DNA from: Eledone cirrhosa | Taxonomy: Eukaryota | Reading direction: 5' to 3' | Length of the DNA: 64,000 bases | NCBI GenBank assembly: GCA_964016885.1 | Contig: OZ024742.1 | Span: forward strand, 102,424,001 to 102,488,000 | Shown here: positions 32,278 through 45,955 of the stretch, piece by piece | How the letters are laid out: every line of letters begins with the position of its first letter | Position numbering within the stretch: the first letter of the stretch is position 1 | Position numbers and translations under genes: made by a program | The notes under the pieces: model-generated | Told to the model about the DNA's origin: nothing | Databases searched by the model: none | The model's input: the letters and a program-made list of their open reading frames with translations, nothing else

Positions 32278-34575
32278 ATATTTATTAAAATAACAGATTA
32301 AAGTTTAAGCAAAGAATCGCTGCTTTCACCCTTAACGGGATCTTCTGAAACTAACAAAGTCAATCTGTAAACGCAGAACTGGATATTTCCCAAAACGTTG
32401 CAACCGGAGGAAGACAGGAAGACGATACTTTGGTTCGTGGAAACGTTCGCTGGCGAAGAACGGGAAAAAACGAATAAACGTCATTAATAGGAGCGGTGAA
32501 AAACATTTACGCGCAAAGACAGAACCACGTTTATGGTATAATAAGAGGTCGTAGACTAATGTTCTCTTAGGTGGTGCATAGAGACGTTCTCTGGCAATGA
32601 ACGAAAAAACGAAGATATTACGTCATATGTGGAGCGTGGAGAACACGCAAAGACACAACCACGTAAATGGTATAGCAGAAGTCGTAGACTAAAATTCTAA
32701 CTAGGAGACCAAATGAATCTCCGCTACAGAGTTAAGAACAAAGTAAATAAATACAATACAGAAGTAATTGAAATAAATAAATACATACACGCAAACAGAT
32801 ACGTACATACACAAGCATACGCAAAACCTTACCATAGGTATACAAAACCACGCACATATAAATATGTGTGTGTGTGTATGCGTGTATACAAATAAATAAA
32901 TAATTATATAAACGTATATAAATAAATACGTATATAACCAGCGCACACACATACCTACGTTTTTTCGTTCATTGCCAGAGAACGTCTCTATGCACCACCT
33001 AAGAGAACATTAGTCTACGACCTCTTTTATACCATAAACGTGGTTCTGTCTTTGCGCGTAAATGTTTTTCACCGCTCCTATTAATGACGTATTATATTCG
33101 TTTTTTCCCGTTCTTCGCCAGCGAACGTTTCCACGAACCAAAGTATCGTCTTCCTGTCTTCCTCCGGTTGCAACGTTTTTTGAAATATCCAGTTCTGCGT
33201 TTACAGATTGACTTTGTTAGTTTCAGAAGATCCCGTTAAGGGGGAAAGCAGCGATTCTTTGCTTAAACTTTAATCTGTTATTTTAATAAATATATATATA
33301 TATATATATATTTATTTTAAGGAATATGACGTCACTTTCAGCTTATATCTGGAGTCTAAAAGACAACCACACCCAATATAAGTTACACTGGGAGATCCTA
33401 GCTAGGGCTAGATCGTATAACGGAAATAAAAGACCATGTGACCTCTGCGCCGCTGAGGCCCTGGAAATACTCTACGCCACAGACCACATCTTAAACAAAA
33501 AATCTGAGGCAATTTCGGCTTGTAAACATAAATTGCACAAAACTTTCCTGTATTACAGCCCTACGTTTTACCCTAACGGATAGCACGATCTATACGTGGA
33601 TATTTACGTCTTGATGTGGGAGCTAAGTATATGTTTTGTTTATTCCTTTACTTTTTGCATAGGTAAGTATATATTACCCGTATGTTTTGTGAAGGTATGT
33701 ATACCTTCTCGTACGTATATTTGACTGTTTTGGCGTATCATTTTTACATATTCTGGTATTTAGGGCTTGGTTATGTGTATATGGGAGTTTTGCGTCTGCG
33801 TGAGTATGCAGGTTCGTACGTATGGTGGGTGTGTGTATATGTGTACTTCTTGTTTTAGTTGACTTACGTCTCCGAACCTTCATGTATTTATTTGTAGGTA
33901 TGTGTGTGCGCTTGTTATATACGTATTTATTTACTTATATACGTTTATATAATTATTTATTTATTTGTACACAAGCATACACACATGCACATATTTATAT
34001 GTGCGTGGTTTTGTATACCTATGGTAAGGTTTTGCGTATGCTTGTGTATGTACGTATCTGTTTGCGTGTATGTATTTATTTGTTCCTATTACTTCTGTAT
34101 TGTATTTATTTACTTTGTTCTTAACTCTGTAGCGGAGATTCATTCGGTCTCCTAGTTAGAATTTTAGTCTACGACTTCTGCTATACCATTTACGTGGTTT
34201 TGTCTTTGCACGCTATTGTTCTCCACGCTCCACATATGACGTATTATCTTCGTTTTTTCGTTCATTGCCAGAGAACGTCTCTATGCACCACTTAGAGAAC
34301 ATTAGTCTACGATCTCTTTTATACCATAAACGTGGTTCTGTCCTTGCACGTAATTGTTTTTCACCGCTCCTATTAATGACGTATTATTCGTTTTTTCCCG
34401 TTCTTTGCCAGCGAACGTCACCATGAACCAAAGTATCGTCTTCCTGTCTTCCTCCGGTTGCAACGTTTTTTGAAATATCCAGTTCTGCGTTTACAGATTG
34501 ACTTTGTTAGTTTCAGAAGATCCCGTTAAGGGTGAAAGCAGCGATTCTTTGCTTAAACTTTAATCTGTTATTTTA

Positions 34576-34580
<5 letters not shown>
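32278..34580 (+). mobile_element. Neptune-type PLE remnant: inverted pLTR + partial tandem pLTR + GIY-YIG tail + pLTR
   Basis: 32278-32957 is an inverted copy of ~33895-34580; 32958-33295 is a direct copy of ~34251-34580; ORF at 33326-33583. Confidence 0.85.
33326..33583 (+). pseudogene. PLE GIY-YIG C-terminus
   Basis: TSLSAYIWSLK..WEILARARSYNG..CDLC..E..IL..LNKKSE..CKHK; homologous to 16168-16500. Confidence 0.85.
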
Positions 34581-34666
<86 letters not shown>

Positions 34667-34963
34667 AGTTTCATAAGGTGAGAAATCAACTTTGTTGAGA
34701 TATGTCACGAATTTTTAAAGCTTAATGTGTCGTCAGTTCGCTCCGCCAAAGTAATGAACAAATTGATCCAATGTGAAAATCAAATATTGTACAACTGTAC
34801 GGTCACAGAACACAAATGTATGTATGTATTGTCTCGGCGTTTCTTGGGTACATTAAGCCTCGTGGAGTCTATCGCTCTCCAGGCCTGAGTATAGCAGATT
34901 TCTTCCAGAGAAAGATAGAAAGTAAGAGAGAGGAAATGAGAAAGAGATATAGAGGAAGAATTC

Positions 34964-35295
34964 ACCCCAGTACTAGAATGGTACTTTTTCTTATCGACCT
35001 CGAAAGGATGAAAGGCAAAGTTGACATCGGCGGGATTTGGACTCAGAGAACAGAGGGCCGGAACGAATACCATAAAGCATTCTATCCGACATTCTAACGA
35101 CTCAGAGCATAAATAATCGTTTCTACTTTTGGCACAAGGCCAGCAATTATCCCAGTGCATTACTGGTTCTTTACTTCATCGTAAGGATGAAAGGCAAAGT
35201 TAACCTCGACGGGATTTTAACTCAGACCGTAAAGAGGCGCAACTCTATGTTGCAAAGCATGGCGTCCGACCCTCTACCGATACTGCCAATCCACT
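34964..35295 (-). mobile_element. Two tRNA-derived SINE copies (octopus OK-like)
   Basis: Reverse complement of ctgagttcaaatcccgccgaggt..actttgcctttcatcct..gtcgataa..agtacca. Confidence 0.75.
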
Positions 35296-35917
35296 CAGAG
35301 CATAAATAATAAGTAATAATTCTACGAAGGCATAGGGGAAATTTTATAATATCTTATTAGATTTACATACATTTCAACAACACACCTACAGATAGGGATG
35401 ATTGAAAATTTGTTTATCATTTAGTAAGAAACCTGTATATGTAAGTATAAGTATAAGTAACCATGTTAAAACAACAACAAAACAACAACAACAAAAAGAA
35501 AAAAAGGAAAAGAAAAGAAAAGAAAAGACAATATTAATTTTCGATCCGATTGAATTTTCAGAAACATCAAAATATATGAATCTACATAATTTTGAAGAGA
35601 GGATCAGCTCTTCTCCAAAGGAAGAAATATTCCTCTTTTCAATTTTATATTATAATATTATAACATAGCTATTATTGAAGGTTCGGGATATATACCAACC
35701 TGACTTGACCAAAGAATGACTGAACTTGGATTCTTAGAGAAAGAACGCCTCTCCTTATTTCATAAGCTACAAATGGCCACGATATCTGGAACCTTAAAAA
35801 TCTGTAAAATATTCTTAAGATTCAAACGATGAAATTCAGACGGAAATTTTCTTTTCTTTACAACCTAGTCCCCGGAAGGAGGCTCAGCAAAATAAACTCG
35901 AAATTACGAAAATGAGG

Positions 35918-35992
<75 letters not shown>

Positions 35993-36684
35993 AACACCCC
36001 CTTAGGCGTTTATATATCTTACGTATATCTTTAGGTACCAAATTTAGCACATAGGGTGTGTATCTAGGACTATATTGTTCAAAGTGTCCTCGTTTTTCAA
36101 AGATGGTATAGTATATCTAAGACTACATTACCCAATGTGTCTTAGTTTTTAAGATAAATAATGTTTAAGAAATGGAATGAACCTCCGTCGGTTTCGACGA
36201 CCAGTATTCTAATTGTTCACTCAACGAGACTACCTGCTTATGAAATTCACGTATATGTGGCTGAGTATTCCACACGATTAAATCAAGCTAATACTTAACT
36301 GGTACTTTATTTTATCGCCATCAGAAGGGTAAAATATTAAATCAGCTACAGAGGAGCGTAACTAAGTAATAATTTCTAATGTGAGGAAACAGTCGATTAA
36401 ATCGACCCTAATATTTGACTGGTACTTATATTTATCTTGGAACGTAAAGACTCTATAATGTATGACATTTTGGCCGGTGTTCTAATGATTTATCACACAC
36501 CACCATAGGATCCAATAAGGAATTTTAGACAGTTTTGGTGGAAGAAGAATAATCTATTAAATCGATCCCAATACTTATTTGGCACTTATTTTATCGACTT
36601 CTAAAAAAATGGAGGCAATGACCACAGTTGGATATGAACCCAAAACGTAAAAAATTGCAAGCTCGATGTTTCAATAATAATAAT

Positions 36685-37172
36685 TGTTTCTACTTTTGGC
36701 ACAAGGCCAGCAATTTATCCAGTGCATTACTGGTACTTTATTTTGTCGACCCCGTAAGGATGAAAGGCAAAGTTGTTAACCTCATGGTTTATAATATTGG
36801 CACAGGGTTAGCAATTTCGGGAGGGATGAACGTCAGTAATATCGACTGTTTTACTGGTACTTTACCTTATTTACTCTGAAAGAATGAAAACCAACCTTAG
36901 CAAGGTTTGAACTCAGAATGAAAAGAGCTGTAACTAAATGCAGCAAAGCATTTTGTCCGACGTTCTAACGATTCTGCCAACGCACCACCTTCGCCCTTCA
37001 AATACTGATAATAAAGATTTCCAACAGAGGCAGAGGGCGTCAGATTTGGTGGTACGAGTATAGTCGATTATATCAACCCTAGTATTTAACTGGTATTTTA
37101 TTCCATCACTCCTCCTCTTCTCAGACGGATGAAAGACAAAATTGACCAAGGTAGGATTTGAACTTATCACGT
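36685..37172 (-). mobile_element. Cluster of degenerate OK-like SINE copies
   Basis: Repeated ctggtacttt..gatgaaag..tttgaact motifs. Confidence 0.65.
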
Positions 37173-37924
37173 AAAGAGAAGTTTATTAAATACACCACTA
37201 TAGTATCTATCCCACAGTAATATGGATAATAAACTCTTTTACAAGGTTTCTACTCCAGTAAAAAACGAAATCATGGAAAGAAAAAAATGTTTTCCCATAA
37301 AACTAAAATGAAGATAAAAGCTGTTAGTGAAAAAATGGCCAAAAAGCGACGCCATCGATCAAAATGACTGGTTTCAGAGTCATTTATTGTACACAGGCGA
37401 CTTTATTATAATCTGCTTTAAAATGTTTCCCATGTTTTGACGTCCTATGCATGCCAAGTGTCAGGCAGAAATGAGAGGCCCCGATCACATTAAAAATAAA
37501 AATAAAATGAAATAAAATAAGATAAAATCCATAAAAAGTAATAACAACACTAATGAAAGACCCCCCCCCCCCCCCAAAAAAAAAAACCACCATAGAAAAT
37601 ACTATTGGATGTTTCCGAATAACAGAATCAGCCTGTTCATGGATATTCATGTATATCCATCACCCCATCCCACCCTACTCCACCACACCTAACACTGGCT
37701 CGTCGGGGAAGTGGTGAGAAGTGTATCTGGTAAATTTCAACTGCTACTACCCCCCCCCCCCCCCTAATACCACCACCACCACCACCACCACACAAAAAAA
37801 CAACAACAACAAATACCACATGGAAAAAAACAAACAAATTAAAAAAAAAACACTCTAGTTGTTGCTAAACTTGAAAATTGTTTGTTGCTTAAAATATTAA
37901 GTCCCAGTTGCACAGAAATTTATT

Positions 37925-37957
<33 letters not shown>

Positions 37958-38361
37958 ATGATGATGATGGTCATGATAAAAAATAAGTCACGTCAGATCG
38001 AACTTAGAATGTCGGGTTTTAACAAGAGCCAAGTGAAGGAAGTCAACCATAAACAGACCCTGTCAGTTGATGAACCACTAAAAACAGAATTTCTGCGAGG
38101 AAAAAACAAAACAAATAAAACAGTTTTCTATGAGATTCAAAAAGAGTAGAAACTGAAGTTAAAAATTAAATAATAATAATAAATTATTAATGAAAATAAC
38201 TTTATGTTTTTGTTGATGTTGTTATTTGCTGTGGTGACTCTTCGTGGCTTTAACACGTTCGTGGCTTTGCAAAACGTTTTATGGAAGGTGTGCCTCTATC
38301 TACCTACCTATCTAGCTATCTATTCATCTCTTTGTCTCTTTCACTCCACCCTCTCTCCCCA

Positions 38362-38423
<62 letters not shown>

Positions 38424-38478
38424 GTATGTATATATATATATATATGATATATATATATATATGTATATATATATATGA

Positions 38479-38517
<39 letters not shown>

Positions 38518-38701
38518 GATATATATATATATGTATATATATATATATGTATATATATATATGATATATATATATATGTATATATATATATGTATATATA
38601 TATATGTATATATATATATGATATATATATGTATATATATATGTATATTATATATGATATATATATATATGATATATATATATATGATATATATATATAT
38701 G

Positions 38702-38734
<33 letters not shown>

Positions 38735-38794
38735 TATACATATCATATATATATATACATATATATATGATATATATATATGTATATATATATG

Positions 38795-38833
<39 letters not shown>

Positions 38834-38931
38834 GATATATATATATGTATATATATATATGATATATATATATGATATATATATATATGTATATATATAT
38901 GTATATGGATATATATATATATATGTATATG

Positions 38932-38970
<39 letters not shown>

Positions 38971-39056
38971 GTGTGTATTATATGTATGTATATATATATA
39001 TATATATATATATAGTAAGAACAAGAAAACACATGTACGTAAATCAAATAAATCAA

Positions 39057-39099
<43 letters not shown>

Positions 39100-39428
39100 G
39101 TTAAAATTATATACATTCTCTATACATTTCCCCAGGACATAGGCCTAAGTTTTTCATTTGCAAATTGTTATAAATATATATATACACACTTGACGCTTTT
39201 ACCAGCCGACCCAAAGAGTATCAGGAAAAAATTACTTATTTTATTCACTCTAGGAGTTCCCATAAATTAAAGCCAGATTCCTTTTGTATGATATATTATA
39301 TTATATTATATCATATTATATTATGTTATATTATATCATATTATATTATATTATATTATATCATATTATATTATGTTATATTATATCATATTATATATTA
39401 TCGTTTCGAATTTGATATAGATGGAAAG

Positions 39429-39466
<38 letters not shown>

Positions 39467-39538
39467 ATGGAGGCGGTAAAAACCAGTTAGACCATTACTC
39501 AATACTTGGGGTAGTAGAGTAGGTAATTTCAAATATAT

Positions 39539-39598
<60 letters not shown>

Positions 39599-40328
39599 TC
39601 ACGCTCACACACATACACACACGCATAGATATAGGTAGATAGATTTAATCTGTCACCAGGTTTAACACCACTACCAGACCAGGAGGTGCCTTTAGTAACG
39701 TAACATTGGTGCAAGGATTCGAGCCTTTCTCTAGCCTCGAAGACCACGAAAAGGCTGCAAGTGGCTGAACATTCCGCCGACTTATTTTGACATGGTTGGC
39801 CATGAAATATATAGTATCTTGTTTGTGAGCCGAACACCTTAACCATTAAGCCATGTGCCTTCATATTGAAGACAGCAAATCAGCAATAAACTACTCATAC
39901 CAACATTTATTTATTTTCTTACTCTCTACTTACTAATCCTTTTGATACCAAACCGCCCGTAACCGCCCCTGGTTCTATGATATAAAACTGTTTCGTGTTA
40001 AACGCTTCCATCATAATTTTATCTAACAACCGTTAAGTTATGCTCTAAACATCAGCTTAATAATGAGAAGGTCGATAAAAAAGTACTAAATCTCTCCAAA
40101 TTCTTGATTTCAATTTTCTTTTCTGTTTGTCTTCTTTCTCTCTTTTTCATTTCACTTAATCTGTCACCTGCTGGTATTAGTTTAACACCACTATCTATCC
40201 CGTGGGTGCTTTTGCAATGCCATGAACCCTGAACTCCCGATGGAGTTGTAGAGGTAATGTTATGATATACAGTGTATTTTGGGAATTTAAAACCTGGTAG
40301 ACTATAACATTTTATTATATATTTATAT

Positions 40329-40625
40329 GGCGGCGAATTGGCAGAATCGTTAGAAAATCGTATAGAATGCTTTGCCGTATTCGTTTCGGCTCTCTGCTCT
40401 CTGAGTTCAAATCCCGCCGAGGTCAACTTTGCCTTTCATCCTTTCGAGGTCGTCGATAAATACCAGATAAGTACCAGACTGGGGTCGATTCTTCCTCTAT
40501 GTCTCTTTCTTGCTTTCAATCTTTTATTCTCTATCATTCTCTGGAAGAAATCCGTCAGGTTTTAAAATGCCCAAGAAAGGCTGTATGTAATTACAGCGCC
40601 CTGACAACTCCCTTAGAAGTTACGG
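40329..40625 (+). mobile_element. OK-like SINE with extended 3' tail
   Basis: ggcggcgaattggcagaatcgttag (A box) ... gagttcaaatccc (B box) ... ctttgcctttcatcc; tail (ctggaagaaat..caggttttaaa) shared with minus copies at ~40880-41185, 42330-42602 and 45965-46228. Confidence 0.8.
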
Positions 40626-41552
40626 GGAAAAAGAAAAAAAAAAATTTATATTACAATAGTGTTTTCAACTCAATTTATGTAAAGTTCTATAAATTTATTG
40701 TGGAATTTGTCTCAAAACTACAAAATTACAGGTAAGTACAGGTAAAATTGGAAATATGAAGTTATTTCAATTAAAAATTTTAAATATAGAATATATTATT
40801 GTTTCTATTTTTGGCACAATGCCAGCAATTACCCAGTGTATATTTGTATGAGTAGCCCATTGTTATGTATGTAAGGACCCGTAACTCCTGATGGGGGCGT
40901 CGTCGGGATAAAGGGTGTGTCTTAATCATTTAAAACCTGGTGGAACCCATCTCCTCTTCATCTCCTCGGAGCACAGTTGATTTCTTCTGAAGAAAGAGAA
41001 GAAGTGCGATAGAGATATAAAGAAAGAAATCGACCCTAGTATTAAACTGGTACATTTTTTTTTATATCAAACTCGAAAGGAAGAAAGTCAAAATTGACCT
41101 CGACGGGATATGAACTCAGAGAGCGCAAAGAGCCGGATGAATACTGCATTTCATCTGATGTTTTAATGACTGCCAATTAACTGCCTATAGCCCATTGTTA
41201 CATTTATAGTAAACAGAGAAATGCTGTCATTTCAGCTCGTCTGGCCGCCATTTCTGTTTGCGGCCATTTCTGAAGCATATATTCTCTGGCGTTACTATAT
41301 GGAATACTTGAATTTGATTAAACAAGAGCAAATAGTTAATGAGTTTTAAGACAGACTATGACTGATTGGGTCAGGCTTCTGAACATTTTGAAAGAGTAAT
41401 ATTTTAAAAGTTTTCGCCGCATTCATTTTCTGGAAATCATTGCGTTTGTTACCACTGTCCTAGTTGTTGACACACTCGGAAATTGAAACATCCGGTTGAA
41501 AGTCTAACATGTGTTGTGCTTAATGCATTTTCATATTTATTGCATTTAGGAC

Positions 41553-42122
41553 TGTGGATTGGTAGAGTCGTTAGAGCGTCATACAAGGTATCTGTTCCGG
41601 CTCTCTACTTTCTGAGTTGAAAATCTCGCCGAGGTCAACTTTACATTTCATCCGTCTGAAATAAAGTATCAGTCAAGTACTGGAGTCAATGTAATCGACT
41701 TCTCTCCTCAATATTTCTGTCCTTATGCTTAAATTAGAAACCATATTTACTGCTTTCAAAAATCATTCAAGTCAATCTTAATTATTCAATCTAAAGCTTA
41801 CCAAGTGGAAAATTTGCAGTTTGAAAATATATTCGCCATAATGCAAATAACTATAATAATAGTTGATAACTATAGATATTAGCTGAATAAATCAGGTAAA
41901 GTGCACCTGGAGACGGAAAAAAGTGGTGTAGTAGCAAGTTTTACATCATTGGCAGTATCAGTAGAGGGTCGGACGCCATGCTTTCCAGCATAGTTACGTC
42001 CCTTTACGATCTGAGTTCAAATCCCGCCGAGGTTGACTTTGCCTTTCATCCTTACGGGGTCGATAAAATAAAGTACCAGTAATGCACTGGGTAATTGCTG
42101 GCCTTGTGCCTAAAGTAGAGAC
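41553..42122 (+). mobile_element. Two OK-like SINE copies (41553-41742, 41949-42122)
   Basis: Same head/body, ending ggccttgtgcc..aaagtaga. Confidence 0.75.
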
Positions 42123-42738
42123 AATTATTTGGCAATTGTAGTGTCATAGAGATGTAACAAGTTCCTGGTGATTAGAGTCATTTATTTATTTTAGTTAATT
42201 GCATTGTGGCGAATATGTTTTCAAATTTGGCATATATAAAAAAAGGTGAAACGTTATAAAAAAAACAAAAAAACAATGACATTTTTTAAAATCCTACAAT
42301 ATACTATATTACATGTATGTATAGACCCACAATTCCTGATGGATTGGTAGGAGTTACATCGTGACATATAGCGTCTTGGGAATTTTAAACCTGGCAGAGC
42401 CGATTCCTTCTCCCGGGTGAACAGCCGATTTCTTCCAGAGAGAGAAAGAAACAGATATAGAAGAAGAATCAATCCCAGTAATGGATTGATGTTTTTTTAT
42501 TGATCTGTTGGTTTCGGTGTGATTTGAACTGAGAGAGCGCATAGAGCCAGAACGAATACCGCAAAGTATTTAATCCGACGTTCTAACGACTCGGCCAATT
42601 CACAACCTATTATATTATATTACATAAATGACACTATACACACATATATACACTGCAGTATATGCTACATATACTTTACTACATACAATACACTACAATA
42701 CATACACTTTGATAATTACACTATACTATACTATATTA

Positions 42739-42940
42739 TTCTTGGGCAAAACACTTCGTTTCACATTGCTCCAGTTTTACTCAACTGAAAATGAGTACCA
42801 GCAATAGCTGGTGTTTTAACCCTGTGATAGGCTGGTGTTCTGTCCAGGGGGGAGTCTTGTACTCTCAGTCGCTTAACACCACAGAAACTGGGATAAGTAC
42901 CGGCCTGGTGAACCTACAGGCTTGAGACAGACTTAAAACA
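42739..42940 (+). mobile_element. CORE-type SINE body, 5'-truncated
   Basis: cttgggcaaaacactt..tttcacattgctcc, shared with the 47355 copy. Confidence 0.55.
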
Positions 42941-43342
42941 TTTTTTAGATATTATACTATATTATACAATACTATACTATACTATACTATACTATAGAAT
43001 ACTATACTATATTATACTATATTATACTATACTATACTATACTATACTATACTATACTACACTACACTACACTATACTACCCTATACTATATTTATTTTA
43101 TTATACTATACTGCACTATACTATACTATATTTATTGTACTATACTACACTACACTATATTATTGTATACTATATCATACTCTGGTGTGAAGGGGCATGG
43201 TTAGAGAGTTGGATTGACAATCGTGAGGTTGTGAATTCAATGTTTTTAATCTCACAAATGATCAGAAATTTGGAGAGGTTTTGTGTAATCAAAGGTTTGA
43301 ATACAAATTTCAACTTATGTAAATGATGATGTACTTATATGC

Positions 43343-43553
43343 AGATGTGCTATAAAATACCTTATAAAATAGACCCTTGAAACACGGAAAAAGAAGTTAC
43401 CACCGACCGCTATGAATAATTGAACCTCATAGCTCCCTCATACTGACGGCATCTGGGAGATATAATGTTCAATTCCTCATAGCGGCCGATGGCAACTGCT
43501 TTTTCCGTTTTTTAAGAGTCTTCACTCTATTTTATAAGCTATGTTATAGCATC
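43343..43553. repeat. ~210-nt imperfect hairpin (palindromic MITE or structured RNA)
   Basis: cttataaaatag/ctattttataag, acggaaaaag/ctttttccgt, ccgctatga/tcatagcgg, aattgaac/gttcaatt, ctccc/gggag. Confidence 0.8.
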
Positions 43554-43561
43554 TCTGTGCA

Positions 43562-45020
43562 GGGATTGGCAGTATCGGTGGAGCGTCAGACATCATGCTT
43601 TGCAGCACAGAGTTATGGCCATTTACGTTCTGAGTTCAAAATCCCACCGAGATTTGCTTTGCTCTTCATCCTTACGGGGTCGATAAAAATAAAAGTACCA
43701 GTAATGCACTGGAGAAATTGCTGGCCTTGTTCCAAAAGTAGAAACTTTACACCAATTAGATTCTTTACATCAAGTAGATTCTTTACATCAATTCTATGTT
43801 CTCAGCGCTTCAAAGTCCAATCTCTCGACTATTTACATTGATTACAAATTTTAACATTTAATGCTGGTGGTTTCAGGTGGTTTGGTGTTGATTGGGTTAA
43901 TGGACATATAAAGGATATGGTGAAATCAAAGATCATTTCTGTAAAAAATGTGTGTGAGGGGGAGGGCTATCTGCTGCATTACGTATTGTTAATACCCTAA
44001 CTTATCCGGTCTACTCCGGTATACTCTAGTCTACTCAGGTCTACTCCAGTCTCCTCCAGTACAGTATATCATTGTTGTCAACAATTTAGTTAATTTACAC
44101 AACACGATAAGTTATCTATATGTGTGAACGACGACCTGATTGTCAAGCGTTATCAAACACCAGTGTAGTTTAATTCAATTAATTATCACCATCAAATGAT
44201 TAGAAGACACATAATAAAGTCAGGATTGGGGGGGGGGGGGGCTCACTTGAACGATGTATTTAATATTTATTAAATAATGGTGTAGAGGTAAATTTTAGAT
44301 AATTATGTGGCAATCTAAGGCCGGTGGATTGGCAATATCGGTAGAGTCGGACACCATGCATTGAAGCATAGAGTTACGGTCCTTTACGGTCTGAGTTCAA
44401 ATCCCGCCGAGGTTTACTTTGCCTTTCATTCTTATGAGGTCGATAAAATAAAGCACTAGTAACGTACTGAGGTCGATTTAATCGACTTTCCCCTTCCACC
44501 AAAATTACTGGCCTTGTGCCTATACTAGAAATCATTATTTGGCAATCGATCTATTTACGACACTTTACGTATGTACAATCAACAGTCTCTCCAACGCCAC
44601 AAAAAATGTTGACCTTGTGCTTTTATAATTAGAAACCAGTGGTGGATTGGCAGTATCGGTAGAGAGTCGGACGCCATGCTTTGCAGCATAGAGTTACAGT
44701 CCTTTACAGTCTGAGCTCAAATCCCGCCGAGGTTAACTTTGCCTTTCATCCTTATGGGGTCGATAAAATAAGTACCAGTAATGCGCTGGGATAATTGCTG
44801 GCCTTGTGCCAAAAGTAGAAACAATTATTAAATTTATTAGAAAGGCAGAATCGGTAGAACGTCGAAGGAAACGCTTTACAGCATTTAGGAATGGCTCTTT
44901 ACGTTCAGAGTTCAAATCCCGCCAAGGACAACTTTGCCTCTCATCCTTTCAGGGCTGATAAAATAAAATAACAGTCACGTGCAACAGTCGACATAATCGG
45001 CGTTCCCCTTCCCCCAAATT
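43562..45020 (+). mobile_element. Four head-to-tail OK-like SINE copies (43562-43745, 44321-44535, 44638-44825, 44843-45020)
   Basis: Each has ggattggca..tcggt..gagttcaaatcccgccgagg..ctttcatcc..gtcgataaaata. Confidence 0.8.
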
Positions 45021-45126
45021 GTTAACAATGGACTAATGTTAAAAATCAATATTAAATATTAGGACGAAAGAAACAAACAAAAAAAGAACCAAAACAAAAC
45101 AAAACAAAGATTACCAGGTAACTAAC

Positions 45127-45155
45127 CTTTTCGTTGTCTTCATCTTAGCGTCCAT
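45127..45155 (-). CDS. Candidate first coding exon of a host gene (MDAKMKTTK..)
   Basis: Minus strand: caaaATGGACGCTAAGATGAAGACAACGAAAAG|gttagt; good start context and donor; non-repetitive island. Confidence 0.3.
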
Positions 45156-45487
45156 TTTGCATTGTTTAACCTTCTTACAAATATCACTTTCCACATTAAA
45201 TATTAAATTTATTAGAGAGATCAAATATCTTGTTCCTCTACATTATGTTATGGGTTCAAACACAAGCATGTATGAAATAAAACCGGTGGGATGTCAACTT
45301 AAAATGAACATTAACGTAAACTAAGTACAGTATATTTAATATAGAACCGTATAATTTCTGTCATTATTTTTGTTCTAGACCGGAGGATTGTCAGTATCAG
45401 TAGAACATCGGATAAAATGGCGGTATATAGTTACAGTTCTTAACGTTCTGAGTCCAAATCCCGCCGAGGTTAGCTGTATGTATGTAA

Positions 45488-45955
45488 AACTGGTTTGATG
45501 GTGGTTGACTGGGAGATAGAAGCTCTTGAAAGAGAAACTTGGCGTGGAATGGTGAATGATGGGGTCCATAATTTTGAGGACAGAAGCATAGAACACGAAA
45601 AGATCAAACGCGATGTGCGTAACCAATGCCCTGGCGTATCTCTCGAAACGGTGGGTGTCTCAATTGAATTGGTGTGCCCTGAGTGTGGAAAGATTTGATT
45701 AAGCAAATTTGGTCTCAGGAGCCACAGTCGCAGCCATGTTCAAAGAGAACCAGTGAATTATGATGTCCACGGTATTGTGAGGGTTCATAAGCAACCTGAT
45801 GCAAGACCCGACGCCAGGGAGATCCATAATTGTCGTCAATGTGCGAAGGAGTGCAAGTCTCTAGCAGGCTTGAAAAGCCATATCCGAACATCACACATCT
45901 GAATCTGACAAGCGATTGCAATACTCATAGCAGAGTTTATAGCTATCATGTATGT
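45488..45955 (+). mobile_element. RTE-clade LINE 3' end with C2H2 zinc fingers
   Basis: WEIEALERETWR..CPECGKI*LSKFGLRSHSRSH..CRQCAKECKSLAGLKSHIRTSH; (TATG) tail. Confidence 0.75.

Noticed and set aside
34118-34175. Possible twister ribozyme (tct-taa-ctct..hairpin)
   Set aside because: Lacks the P4 loop AAGC-type consensus and pseudoknot partners.
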